A stretch of 35,431 nt of DNA from Candidatus Nanopelagicales bacterium. Lineage in GTDB: Bacteria > Actinomycetota > Actinomycetes > S36-B12 > CAIYMF01. Position numbers and translations under genes: made by a program. Each line of letters starts with the position of its first letter. Position 1 is the first letter of the stretch. Where the stretch lies: contig JBGAJT010000001.1 in assembly GCA_044224785.1 (NCBI GenBank), forward strand, positions 1-35,431, written 5' to 3'. The notes under the pieces are model-generated. The model saw nothing but the letters and a program-made list of their open reading frames with translations. It searched no databases and was not told the DNA's origin. This document shows positions 17,280 through 26,247 of this stretch, piece by piece.

Positions 17280-18820
17280 GCGGGACCTCCTGGGGTTGGC
17301 GCCATGACGGCTTGCTCGTAGATGGCCTCGAGCACCTCGTCGGCGCTGTCGGTGCGCAGCTCGACCACCCGGCCGTCGCGCGAGAGGACGAGGATGCGGT
17401 CGCACACCTCGACGAGGTCCGAGGGCTCGCCGCTGGCGAGGACGACGCCGACGCCGCTGTCGGCCACGGCCTGGATGCTCGTGAGGATGTCCTGACGCGC
17501 GCCGACGTCGACGGCCTGCGTGGGCTCGTGCAGCACGAGCACCTGCGGGCTCACCGACAGCCACTTCGCGAACAGGACCTTCTGCTGGTTGCCGCCGGAC
17601 AGCTCCTTGATGAGGGTGTCGGCGCTGCGGGTCTTGATGGAGAGCTTCTCGATGGCGGCGTCGGCCTCGTCCTGCTGCCAGGAGCGCCCGACGAACCAGC
17701 TGCTCCCCCGCCTGCGGATGTTGGGGAGCGCGATGTTGTCGCGGATGCTCATCTCGAACGCGAGCCCGTCGCGGTCGCGCCGTTCCGGGACCAGCGCGAC
17801 GCCCGCGCGCAGGCAGGCCGCCACGTCGCCGTCGGCCAGGTCGACCTCGCCGGCCTGCGTGCGCAGCCGGCCGGCGTCGGCCGGCCGGGCGCCGGACACG
17901 AGGTAGGGGATGGTCTCGAAGCCGGTGCCGGGGAGGCCGGTGATCCCGACGATCTCGCCGCTGCGCACCTCGAGGTCGAGCGGCACCCGGCCGGGGTCGG
18001 TCCGCAGCCCGCTGACCGTGGCGACGACGGCGCGGCCGGCGAGGTCGGTGCCGCGGCGCGAGAGGGTGCCGACCGTCTTGCCCAGCATCAGCTTGGCCAT
18101 GTCCTGCTCGGTCAGCGTCGAGGTCTCAAGGCCCCTGCCGACGACCCGTCCGTCGCGCAGGACCGTGACGCGGTCGGCGAGGGCGAGCACCTCTTCGAGG
18201 TTGTGCGTGACGATGAGCACCGAGGTGCCCTCGGCGACGACGCGCTTGAGGAGGCCGTGGAACCGGACGAGCTCCTCGCGCGGCAGGGCGCGGGTCGCCT
18301 CGTCGAGGATGATGACGCCGCCGCCCGCGCGCTGGTCGCGCAGCGCCCGCGCGATGCCGACCTCGGCCCGCTGGGTCGCGTTGAGCGCACCGACGGGGGT
18401 CGCAGGGTCGACGTCGACCGAGAGCCGGTCGAGCACCCGCTGGGCGATCTCGCGCTGCTTCCGCCAGTCGATCTTGCGCAGGAACCGGGACCGGACGAAC
18501 CCGCCGACGCCGATGTTCTCGGCGACCGAGGCGTGGTCGAGCAGCCCGAGGTCCTGGTGCACGACGGAGACGCCCGCCGCGCTGACGGCCTCCCACTGGA
18601 CGGGCAGCTCGACCTGCTGCCCGTCCAGTGCGAGGGACATCCCGGCGTCCGGGGCGTGGTACCCCGTGAGGATCTTCACGACCGTCGACTTCCCCGACCC
18701 GTTCTGTCCGATCAGGGCGTGGATCTCGCCCGGTGCCACCAGGAGCTCGACGTCGTCGAGCACCCTGGTGGAACCGAACGTCTTCGAGACGTGCCGAGCC
18801 TCGAGCCGGTAGGAGGTCAT
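17276..18820 (-). CDS. CUT2 (RbsA-like) ABC transporter ATP-binding protein with two NBDs
   Basis: Walker A GQNGSGKST, 'IILDEAT', 'VPERRDRDGL', LSGGNQQK and 'HEPTQAVDVGA'. Confidence 0.95.
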   Translation of the reverse strand: MTSYRLEARHVSKTFGSTRVLDDVELLVAPGEIHALIGQNGSGKSTVVKILTGYHAPDAGMSLALDGQQVELPVQWEAVSAAGVSVVHQDLGLLDHASVAENIGVGGFVRSRFLRKIDWRKQREIAQRVLDRLSVDVDPATPVGALNATQRAEVGIARALRDQRAGGGVIILDEATRALPREELVRFHGLLKRVVAEGTSVLIVTHNLEEVLALADRVTVLRDGRVVGRGLETSTLTEQDMAKLMLGKTVGTLSRRGTDLAGRAVVATVSGLRTDPGRVPLDLEVRSGEIVGITGLPGTGFETIPYLVSGARPADAGRLRTQAGEVDLADGDVAACLRAGVALVPERRDRDGLAFEMSIRDNIALPNIRRRGSSWFVGRSWQQDEADAAIEKLSIKTRSADTLIKELSGGNQQKVLFAKWLSVSPQVLVLHEPTQAVDVGARQDILTSIQAVADSGVGVVLASGEPSDLVEVCDRILVLSRDGRVVELRTDSADEVLEAIYEQAVMAPTPGGPA

Positions 18821-18823
18821 CGC

Positions 18824-19990
18824 TTAGCTGATGCCCCACGCGGTCTTGAAGGCCGCCTGGTAGGAGTCCGACCCGTACCACTGGTTGGAGAGGTACGCCT
18901 CGGGCGTCAGCGTGAGACCCGAGATGTTCGACGAGTCGAAGTACCGGTTGGTCAGCGTGGAGTCGGCCACGACCTCGTCGCCCACGAGGAGCTGGAAGAG
19001 CGCGTTGGCGTACTGCCAGCCGGTGTAGATGACCGGGGTGCCGAGGTCGCCCGCCTGGGTGCCCGCCTTCACGTTCTGCATGTTCGGGAGGTCACCGCCC
19101 GTAGCGACCACCTTGATGTCGGTCTTGCCCGCGGTCTTGACCGCCTGCAGGACCGGAGGCACGAACGAGTCGACCGGGACCATGATGACGTTGACGTCGG
19201 GGTTCTGGACCAGCGCTGCGCTGACCGCCGACGGCAGCTTGTCGACGTTCGGCGTGGTGAACTCGACCGTGGCCAGCGCGCAGCTGGGGCAGAGCGCCTT
19301 GTACGCCGCGACGCCGGCCTCGGAGGCCGAGGTGGTGAGGCTGGAGTCCATCAGCTTGAGCCACAGGCCGTTCGGGGCCTTGTCCCCGGCGGCGACGATG
19401 CCCGCTGCCGAGGTGGTCTCGTACATCTTCTTGACGTGCGCGCTCGGGTCGAAGAAGGCGAGGTCCTTGCTCGCGGTCTTGCCGCCCGAGGGCGCCTCGC
19501 CGGCGACGAGCACCGGGATTCCCTTCGCGGTGAGGGCGTCGTAGGCGGCGGGGAGCATCGCGTAGTCGACGAACGCGGTGACGACGGCATCGGCGCTCTG
19601 GTCGGCGGCCTGCTTGAGGCAGTTGCCGATGTCGGCCGGGTTGAACTTGCCGTCGCACAGCTTCACGGTGCCGCCGGCGGCGGTCACGGCCTGGTTGAAG
19701 CCCTCGTAGAAGCCGTGGATGACCGGGACGGCGTCGCCGATCGGCACCCACCAGATGGTCTTGCCCTTGACGTCGACCGCCTTCGAGAGCTTCGTGGCCT
19801 CGGGCCAGGTGATCTCGGCCTTGAGCGGGTCGATGATCGCGGCGGCGGCAGCGCCCGGGGACGAGGCCGACGCGGAGCCGGTCGGCGAGGAGGAGCTGTT
19901 GCTGCTCTCTCCGGCGCCGCAGGCGGCGAGCACCAGGGCGGCCACCGCCGCCGTGGCCACGGTCAGCGACCGCTTCACGCTCGTAGTCAT
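18824..19990 (-). CDS. ABC substrate-binding lipoprotein (periplasmic binding protein type 1)
   Basis: Signal peptide with lipobox LAAC, Ser-rich linker and PBP1-like 'CDGKFNP...CLKQA...ADAVV'. RBS AAGGAA. Confidence 0.9.
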   Translation of the reverse strand: MTTSVKRSLTVATAAVAALVLAACGAGESSNSSSSPTGSASASSPGAAAAAIIDPLKAEITWPEATKLSKAVDVKGKTIWWVPIGDAVPVIHGFYEGFNQAVTAAGGTVKLCDGKFNPADIGNCLKQAADQSADAVVTAFVDYAMLPAAYDALTAKGIPVLVAGEAPSGGKTASKDLAFFDPSAHVKKMYETTSAAGIVAAGDKAPNGLWLKLMDSSLTTSASEAGVAAYKALCPSCALATVEFTTPNVDKLPSAVSAALVQNPDVNVIMVPVDSFVPPVLQAVKTAGKTDIKVVATGGDLPNMQNVKAGTQAGDLGTPVIYTGWQYANALFQLLVGDEVVADSTLTNRYFDSSNISGLTLTPEAYLSNQWYGSDSYQAAFKTAWGIS

Positions 19991-20063
19991 CCAGGTTCCT
20001 TTGCGGTCGTGCACCCGGAGCGGGTGGCTGGGACGCAGGCCTTCTGGCCCGACGGTGGAGCAG

Positions 20064-20116
20064 AAGTTACAGAGAAGGGTCGGGGCTGTTAACCGCCACG
20101 TTCCGTCTGTCGGCAC
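20064..20116 (-). promoter_or_regulatory. Promoter with putative IclR-type box upstream of the ABC operon
   Basis: GTTCCGTCTGTCGGCAC (20100-20116), 30 nt, then TAACTT -10 (20064-20069, minus strand). Confidence 0.6.
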
Positions 20117-20179
20117 GTCGTGACGAACCCGTGCTCTTCCTTGCTCCGCCGCTGGTCAGAGCGGTTCAGGGCCGTCCCC

Positions 20180-21106
20180 TCAGGAACCGGACGACCCTCC
20201 CCAGGCACCGAGGAACGCGTCTTCCGCGGCGCCGAGCTCGTCGAGCCGGAACATCTCCTGACGGTCCTGCCACGACAGGATCCGGTCCGACCACGAGTCG
20301 GTCTCGCCGTGCTCGTGCAGGTGCGCGAGCGCCTCCTGGCCGGCGCGCAGCATCGCGCGCATGAGGAAGTTGGCGAACAGGACGACGTCGAACCCGATGG
20401 CGTGCAGCTCCGCGACGCTGCGGGCGGGGGTCTTGCCGCCCTCGACCATGTTCGCGACGAGCGGGACGCCGGAGAACTCGCGCCCGACGGTCTCCATCTC
20501 CTCGTGCGTGCGCAGCGCCTCGATGAACAGGGCGTCGGCCCCGGCCTCGAGGTAGGCGTGCCCGCGGCGCACCGCCTCGTCGAGGCCGAGGACCCCGCGT
20601 GCGTCGGTGCGCGCGACCAGCAGGAGATTCGAGTCCTGCCGCGCGGCTGCAGCGGCTGCGATCTTCGCCTGCATCTCGCCGCCCTCGATGAGCGTGTGCC
20701 CGTCGAAGTGACCGCAGCGCTTGGGGAACGCCTGGTCCTCCAGCTGCAGCGCCGAGGCGCCGGCCTGCTCGAAGAGCTGCACCGTGCGGATCACCGAGGG
20801 CACGTTCCCGTAGCCGGTGTCGATGTCGACCACGAGCGGGAGGCTCGTCGCCGCGAACATCCGCTGCACCTGGCCGAGGATCTCGGTCTGGCTCACCAGC
20901 CCGATGTCGGGCAGGCCGAACTGCGCGTTGGAGATGCCCGCGCCGGTGGCGTAGACGGCTGCGAAGCCCGCGCGCTCGACGAGCAGCGCCCCTGCAGCCT
21001 CGGAGGCGCCGGGGAGCACCAGCGGCGCTGGCGCGGCGAGCGCCGCGCGCAGCGCGACCCGGCGCTCGGCGGCGGCGCGGACCGGTCGGACCTCGATGTC
21101 GGTCAT
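20180..21106 (-). CDS. Isocitrate lyase/PEP mutase family enzyme (PrpB/2,3-dimethylmalate lyase-like)
   Basis: 'GLPDIG', 'VDIDTGYG', 'LEDQAFPKRCGH', 'VARTDA', 'AGADALFIE' and 'NMVEGGKTP'. Confidence 0.92.
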   Translation of the reverse strand: MTDIEVRPVRAAAERRVALRAALAAPAPLVLPGASEAAGALLVERAGFAAVYATGAGISNAQFGLPDIGLVSQTEILGQVQRMFAATSLPLVVDIDTGYGNVPSVIRTVQLFEQAGASALQLEDQAFPKRCGHFDGHTLIEGGEMQAKIAAAAAARQDSNLLLVARTDARGVLGLDEAVRRGHAYLEAGADALFIEALRTHEEMETVGREFSGVPLVANMVEGGKTPARSVAELHAIGFDVVLFANFLMRAMLRAGQEALAHLHEHGETDSWSDRILSWQDRQEMFRLDELGAAEDAFLGAWGGSSGS

Positions 21107-21196
21107 GGGGGCTCCTGGGGACCTCGGTGGTGCGCGCGACGGTAGCCCGGTCCGGCGCGCGCGTGCCGCCCGTGTGCTGCGGAACCGAACACCGGC

Positions 21197-21225
21197 TTTA
21201 CAGGTGCCGTCGACGCACCTATCTT
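21197..21225 (+). promoter_or_regulatory. Housekeeping-sigma-type promoter of the flavoprotein operon
   Basis: TTTACA (21197-21202), 17 nt, TATCTT (21220-21225), followed by the palindrome TGTA-N8-TACA at 21235-21250. Confidence 0.55.
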
Positions 21226-21252
21226 CCGGTGCTCTGTAACAGTTACTACAGG

Positions 21253-22677
21253 ATGCCGGAGACCCTCCCTGTGCGCCAGCCGCTCTCCCAGGTGCTGTCC
21301 GAGACCGGACGCCCGGACGTGCTCGTGCTCGGTGCCGGGCAGGCGGGCCTGACCGCCGCCGTCGCCGCCGCGCAGCAGGGCGCGCGCGTCCTCGTGATCG
21401 AGAAGCTCGCGCACCCGGGCGGGTCCACGGCCATGTCGTCGGGGCTGACGGCCTACGCCGGCACCGACGAGCAGCGCGCGCTCGGCATCGAGGACACCGC
21501 GGAGTCGCTCAAGGCCGACATCCTCGCGACCGGTCAGCACCGCAACGACGAGGCCCTGGTCGACGTCTACTGCCGCGAGCAGCTGACGACGTACCGGTGG
21601 CTCAAGGAGCTCGGCGTCGAGTACGGCCACGTGCATGCGGCGTCCGGGCAGAGCGTGCCGCGCTCGCACGCCACGGACCCGAGCCGGATGATCGACACCC
21701 TCGCCAAGCGCGCCGAGGAGCTCGGCGTCCGGATCCTGTTCGGCATCAGGGCCTTCTCGCTGCTGCGCGACGGCGACGACGTCGCCGGCGTGCTCGTCGA
21801 GAACGGCGGCTCGCTGGTCGAGGTGGAGGCCGGCTCGGTCGTGATCACGACCGGCGGGTTCAGCCGCAACCTCGAGCTGCTCGACCGCTTCGTGCCCCAG
21901 ATGGTCCACGCGATCCACGGCGGCTCTCCCGGCTCCGAGGGCGACGGCCTCCTCATGGCGTGGAAGGCGGGCGCTGACTTCCGCGACACCCCCTACGTCA
22001 AGGGCACCTTCGGCATCCACCCCGGCGACGACCCGCGCGAGAACGGCACCGGGATCCTCGCGGTCTACAAGGGTGCGATCGCCGTCGACGTCCGCGGCCG
22101 ACGGTTCGTCGACGAGTCCAAGCCCTACAAGGAGATCGGCGACGCGTGCCTCGCGCTGCCCGAGCACGTCGCGTGGCAGGTGTTCGACCAGCAGACGATG
22201 GACAAGGACGACCCCGAGGTCCACATCTACTGGTTCTCGGGACGGCTGGCGACGGGACTGCTGGAGACCGCGGACACGCTCGAGGAGCTCGCCGAGAGGA
22301 TCGGCGTACCGGCCGGCACGCTGCGCCGGACCGTCGACGACTACAACGCAGCGGTGCGCGGCGAGCGCGACGACGACTTCGGCCGAACGTCTCTGTCGGG
22401 CACCAGCGAGCGGCCCACCGAGATCGTGCAGGGCCCGTTCTACGCGCACCTGTCCGGCGCGTCGGTGCTCGCGACGTACTGCGGGCTCACGGTCGACCCG
22501 GAGACGCAGGTGCTCGACGTGTACGGCGAGCCGATCCCCGGGCTCTTTGCCGCGGGCGAGGTCACCGGCGGCTTCCACGGCGCCGGGTACGTGACCGGGA
22601 CGTCGGTCGGGAAGTCCGGTGTCTTCGGCCGGCTCGCAGGCCTCGCCGCAGCGGCGTACGCGGGTGTGCGCGCATGA
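21253..22677 (+). CDS. FAD-dependent oxidoreductase (FAD_binding_2; flavocytochrome c/KstD-like) #1
   Basis: GAGQAG, 'EKLAHPGGSTAMSSG', 'TTGGF', 'GRRFVDE' and 'GLFAAGEVTGGFHGAGYVTGTSVG'. Start codon uncertain (ATG 21253 or a later GTG). Confidence 0.88.
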   Translation: MPETLPVRQPLSQVLSETGRPDVLVLGAGQAGLTAAVAAAQQGARVLVIEKLAHPGGSTAMSSGLTAYAGTDEQRALGIEDTAESLKADILATGQHRNDEALVDVYCREQLTTYRWLKELGVEYGHVHAASGQSVPRSHATDPSRMIDTLAKRAEELGVRILFGIRAFSLLRDGDDVAGVLVENGGSLVEVEAGSVVITTGGFSRNLELLDRFVPQMVHAIHGGSPGSEGDGLLMAWKAGADFRDTPYVKGTFGIHPGDDPRENGTGILAVYKGAIAVDVRGRRFVDESKPYKEIGDACLALPEHVAWQVFDQQTMDKDDPEVHIYWFSGRLATGLLETADTLEELAERIGVPAGTLRRTVDDYNAAVRGERDDDFGRTSLSGTSERPTEIVQGPFYAHLSGASVLATYCGLTVDPETQVLDVYGEPIPGLFAAGEVTGGFHGAGYVTGTSVGKSGVFGRLAGLAAAAYAGVRA

Positions 22678-23423
22678 CGGACCTCTTCTCGCTCGACGGA
22701 CGGGTCGCCCTGGTGGTCGGTGCCGCGGAGGGCGGTCTCGGCGCCTACAAGGGCGCGACCGTGGCGGCGGCCGACCTCGCGGCACGCGCCGAGCATCTCG
22801 CCGATGCGGCGGGATCCTGCGGACCGTCGACCTCCACGCACTCCGTCGACGTCACCGATGCGGGCTCGGTCGAGCAGCTCGTCGACGACGTCGTGGCGGC
22901 GCACGGCAGGATCGACGTCCTCGTCGCCTGCCAGGGGGCGATGCTGCGCCGCGAGATCGAGCTCACCAGCCCCGAGGAATGGCAGCGCGTACTCGACGTC
23001 AACCTCACAGGCACCTGGCTGCTGGACCGCGCGGTGCTGAAGCCCATGCGCGAGAACGGGTACGGCCGCATCGTCAACGTCTCGACGGTGTACGCCGAGC
23101 GGGTCGGCCCCATCCCGGAGACCGCCTACTACGCGTCCAAGGCGGGTATCGCGAACGTGACGCGCGCCGTCGCCGCCGAGGCCGGGGCGCAGGGCATCAC
23201 CGCGAACTGCCTGGCTCCGGCGGTCTTCTACCCGACGCGCATGACGGCACCGCTCGCCGACGACCCGGAGCGGCTCGAGTGGTTCCGCACCCGCACGATG
23301 CTGGGCCGCCTCGGCGACCCGGCCACCGATCTCACGGGCCCGCTGCTGCTCCTCGCGAGCGACGCGGGCGCGTACCTGACAGGACAGATCCTCTACGTGG
23401 ACGGCGGTTGGTCAGCATGGTGA
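22674..23423 (+). CDS. SDR oxidoreductase (gluconate 5-dehydrogenase-like), with an apparent short N-terminal deletion
   Basis: 'LFSLDGRVALVVG', 'VNLTG', YYASK and 'LTGQILYVDGGW'. ATGA overlap with the upstream gene. Confidence 0.88.
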   Translation: MTDLFSLDGRVALVVGAAEGGLGAYKGATVAAADLAARAEHLADAAGSCGPSTSTHSVDVTDAGSVEQLVDDVVAAHGRIDVLVACQGAMLRREIELTSPEEWQRVLDVNLTGTWLLDRAVLKPMRENGYGRIVNVSTVYAERVGPIPETAYYASKAGIANVTRAVAAEAGAQGITANCLAPAVFYPTRMTAPLADDPERLEWFRTRTMLGRLGDPATDLTGPLLLLASDAGAYLTGQILYVDGGWSAW

Positions 23424-24016
23424 GCACGGCACTCCTCCTGGTGGACTACCAGGTCGCGCTCTGCGAGGAGGGCGAGCACACGCGCCTCCCCGCCCTCGCG
23501 GCGCAGGTGCGCGAGCGCGCCGTCGTGGCGAAGGCGGCGACGGTCCTCGAGAAGGCGCGCGCTGCCGGCGTCTACGTCGTGCACGTGCGACTCGCGTTCG
23601 ACCCGACCTACGAGGTGCGCACGAACCGCACCGCGCGCTGGGACTCCTACCCCGCGGAGCGGGCGATGCTCGCCGACTCCCCCGCAGCGCAGATCGTCGC
23701 GCCGCTCGCACCCGCCGCCGGTGAGCCCGTGGTGGTCAAGGGATCGGTTGACCCCTTCATCGGCACACCCCTCGAGCAGATGCTCGCGGGCAACGGGATC
23801 CGCGACCTCGCCGTCGCCGGCGTCGCCACCAACCTCGCGGTCGAGTCCGCGGTGCGCCACGCGGGCGACAGCGGCTTCCGGGTGACCGTGATCGAGGACC
23901 TGTGCGCCTCGTTCTCCCCGGCGGCGCACGACTTCTCGGTCGGCACGATCCTTCCCATGTTCGGCGCCGTGCTGTCGTCGGACGACTACCTCGCCTCGAT
24001 CGCGACGGGAGCCTGA
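23417..24016 (+). CDS. Isochorismatase/cysteine-hydrolase family protein lacking the catalytic Cys
   Basis: 'ALLLVDYQ', 'VVHVR', 'VVVKGSVDPF', 'GVATNLAVESAVRHAGDSGF' and 'EDLCAS'. Confidence 0.88.
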   Translation: MVSTALLLVDYQVALCEEGEHTRLPALAAQVRERAVVAKAATVLEKARAAGVYVVHVRLAFDPTYEVRTNRTARWDSYPAERAMLADSPAAQIVAPLAPAAGEPVVVKGSVDPFIGTPLEQMLAGNGIRDLAVAGVATNLAVESAVRHAGDSGFRVTVIEDLCASFSPAAHDFSVGTILPMFGAVLSSDDYLASIATGA

Positions 24017-24017
24017 G

Positions 24018-25448
24018 ATGGCGCACGAGTACGACGTCGTGGTGGTCGGGTCCGGCATCGCCGGCCTCTCGACCGCGATCTCCGCGCTGGAGGGCGGCGC
24101 GCGCGTCGCCGTCGTCGAGCGCGCGACCGAGGCCGAGAGCGGCGGCAACACCCGCTACACCGAGGCCTTCCTGCGGATGGCCTCGCTGGAGAAGGTCGCC
24201 CACGACCTCGAGGACCGGCTGCTGTCCGACCACATGGGCTACCCCGACCCCGGCGTGCTGCAGGAGGCCGTCCAGGACCGCTCGGCGTGGGGCGCACCGA
24301 TGCGCACGCTCGACGTCGTCGACGGCGACGTCGTGCTGCGGCTGGCCGAGGAGGCACCGACGACGCTGCAGTGGCTCACGGCCCACGGCATGGCGTTCGA
24401 CGCACTGCCCACGCCGTTCCTCACGCAGTCGACGACCCGGATGTCGCCCGTCGGCGGCGGCTGGCAGCTGGTCGAGACCCTGTCGGCACGGGCCAAGGAG
24501 CTCGGTGCGACGTACCTGTACGAGACGACCGCGCTCTCCCTCGTGCAGGACGACGAGGGCGCCGTCGTCGGCGTGCGCACGTCGCCGCACGGCGTGCTGC
24601 GCGGCCGGGTCGTGCTCGCCTGCGGCGGGTTCGAGGGTAACAGCGAGATGCTCGCCCGCTACATGGGACCGAGCGCGCTCAACACGCGCCCCGTCGCGCG
24701 CGGCGGGCACTACAACAAGGGCGAGGGCATCGAGATGGCCCTGGCGATCGGTGCCGCGGGCGCCGGCAACTTCGGCCTCTTCCACGCCGAGCCCATCGAC
24801 CCCCGGTCCGGTGTCGCGGAGGCGGCGATCTTCGCCTTCCCGTACGGGATCCTCGTGAACAAGCAGGGCGCGCGGTTCGTCGACGAGGCGCGCGGACCGG
24901 TCGACGCCTGGTACGAGCGCGTCACCCGCGACATCCACGACCAGACCGACGGCATCGCGTGGATGATCCTCGACCAGAAGGGCCTCGCGATCCCCAACCT
25001 CACCGCGGGCATCCGCACCGACCAGGCCGCGATCTCGGCGCCGACCCTCGAGGAGCTCGCGACCAAGCTCGACCTCCCCGTCGACGCGCTGGTCCGGACC
25101 GTCGGCGACTACAACGCCGCCTGCACCGGCGGGCCGTTCGACCACAGCGCCCCGGACGGTCTCGCGACCGTGGGGGTCGTGCCGCCGAAGTCGCACTGGG
25201 CCCAGCCCGTCGACCAGGGACCGTACGTCGCCTACCCGATCATCGCGGCGAACGTGTTCACCTTCGGCGGCCTGCGCATCGATGCCGACTCCCACGTCGT
25301 CAGCCGCAGCGGGAGCGCCATCGAGGGCCTGTACGCCGCTGGCGAGATCACGGGCATGTACTACTCGAACTACACCGGGTCGACGTCGGTGCTGCGCGGC
25401 GCGGTCTTCGGCCGCATCGCGGGGGCGAACGCCGCGGCGGGGCGCTGA
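24018..25448 (+). CDS. FAD-dependent oxidoreductase #2, TcuA (tricarballylate dehydrogenase)-like
   Basis: GSGIAG, 'GGNTRYT', 'ACGGFEGNSEMLARY', 'HAEPIDPRS', 'GARFVDE', 'FTFGGL' and 'GLYAAGE...NYTGSTSVLRGAVFGRIAG'. Confidence 0.85.
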   Translation: MAHEYDVVVVGSGIAGLSTAISALEGGARVAVVERATEAESGGNTRYTEAFLRMASLEKVAHDLEDRLLSDHMGYPDPGVLQEAVQDRSAWGAPMRTLDVVDGDVVLRLAEEAPTTLQWLTAHGMAFDALPTPFLTQSTTRMSPVGGGWQLVETLSARAKELGATYLYETTALSLVQDDEGAVVGVRTSPHGVLRGRVVLACGGFEGNSEMLARYMGPSALNTRPVARGGHYNKGEGIEMALAIGAAGAGNFGLFHAEPIDPRSGVAEAAIFAFPYGILVNKQGARFVDEARGPVDAWYERVTRDIHDQTDGIAWMILDQKGLAIPNLTAGIRTDQAAISAPTLEELATKLDLPVDALVRTVGDYNAACTGGPFDHSAPDGLATVGVVPPKSHWAQPVDQGPYVAYPIIAANVFTFGGLRIDADSHVVSRSGSAIEGLYAAGEITGMYYSNYTGSTSVLRGAVFGRIAGANAAAGR

Positions 25449-25449
25449 C

Positions 25450-26247
25450 ATGCGCATCTGGCACCAGAGCTTCACCGTCCTCGACGACGTCCCGCACTAC
25501 ACCTCGGCGATCCAGCGGCACTTCGCGCGCGTGGCGTCGCCGGGGACGACGGTCGACCTGCACGGGATGGCTCCGGGCACCTACCCGAGCGACTACCCCG
25601 GCGTCCACATCGGCTACGCCTACCTCGCCGGGCTGCACAAGGAGCAGTTCGTGCGCGCGGCGCAGCAGGCGCAGGCCGAGGGCTACGACGCGATGATGAT
25701 CGCGACCATCCCGGACACCGCGTTCGAGGAGTGCCGCAGCGTCGTCGACATCCCCGTGGTCGCGTTCGGCAACACCTCCGTCGCGTTCGCGTCCACCCTG
25801 GGCAGCCGGGTCGGGATCGTGCACTTCATCGGGGAGCTGCGCGACCAGATCCGGCGCAACGTGCGCTCGTACGGCTTCGGCGACCTCGTCGGTCCGGTGG
25901 TCCAGGTCGACGCCCGCTTCCACGACATCATGGCGGCGTACGCCGATCCCGACGGCCTGCTCGGGGCGTTCCGCGCCGCGGCGCGCACGGCCATCGCCGA
26001 CGGCGCCGACGTGATCGTCCCGGGCGAGGGCCCGCTCAACGTGTTCCTGGCCGACCAGGGCCTCGTCGAGGTCGACGGCGTCCCCGTGGTCGACTCGCTG
26101 GGCGTGCTGCTGCAGATCGCGGAGGTCCGGGCCGCGAGCTACCGGCGCACCGGGCTGACGCCGTCGCGCACCGGGTTCTTCCACGCCCAGCCGCCGGCCG
26201 AGGCGATCGAGGCGACCCGCGCGTTCTACCGGACCTACGGCGCATGA
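25450..26247 (+). CDS. Asp/Glu/hydantoin racemase-fold protein with non-canonical active site
   Basis: 'MRIWHQSF', 'AQAEGYDAMMIATIPD', 'RSVVDIPVVAFG', 'DGADVIVPGEG' and 'DGVPVVDS'. Confidence 0.82.
   Translation: MRIWHQSFTVLDDVPHYTSAIQRHFARVASPGTTVDLHGMAPGTYPSDYPGVHIGYAYLAGLHKEQFVRAAQQAQAEGYDAMMIATIPDTAFEECRSVVDIPVVAFGNTSVAFASTLGSRVGIVHFIGELRDQIRRNVRSYGFGDLVGPVVQVDARFHDIMAAYADPDGLLGAFRAAARTAIADGADVIVPGEGPLNVFLADQGLVEVDGVPVVDSLGVLLQIAEVRAASYRRTGLTPSRTGFFHAQPPAEAIEATRAFYRTYGA

Noticed and set aside
17500-17960. Degenerate second Walker A (GLPGTGFET) and LHEPT Walker B as inactivation
   Set aside because: A degenerate second nucleotide site is normal for CUT2 two-domain ATPases.
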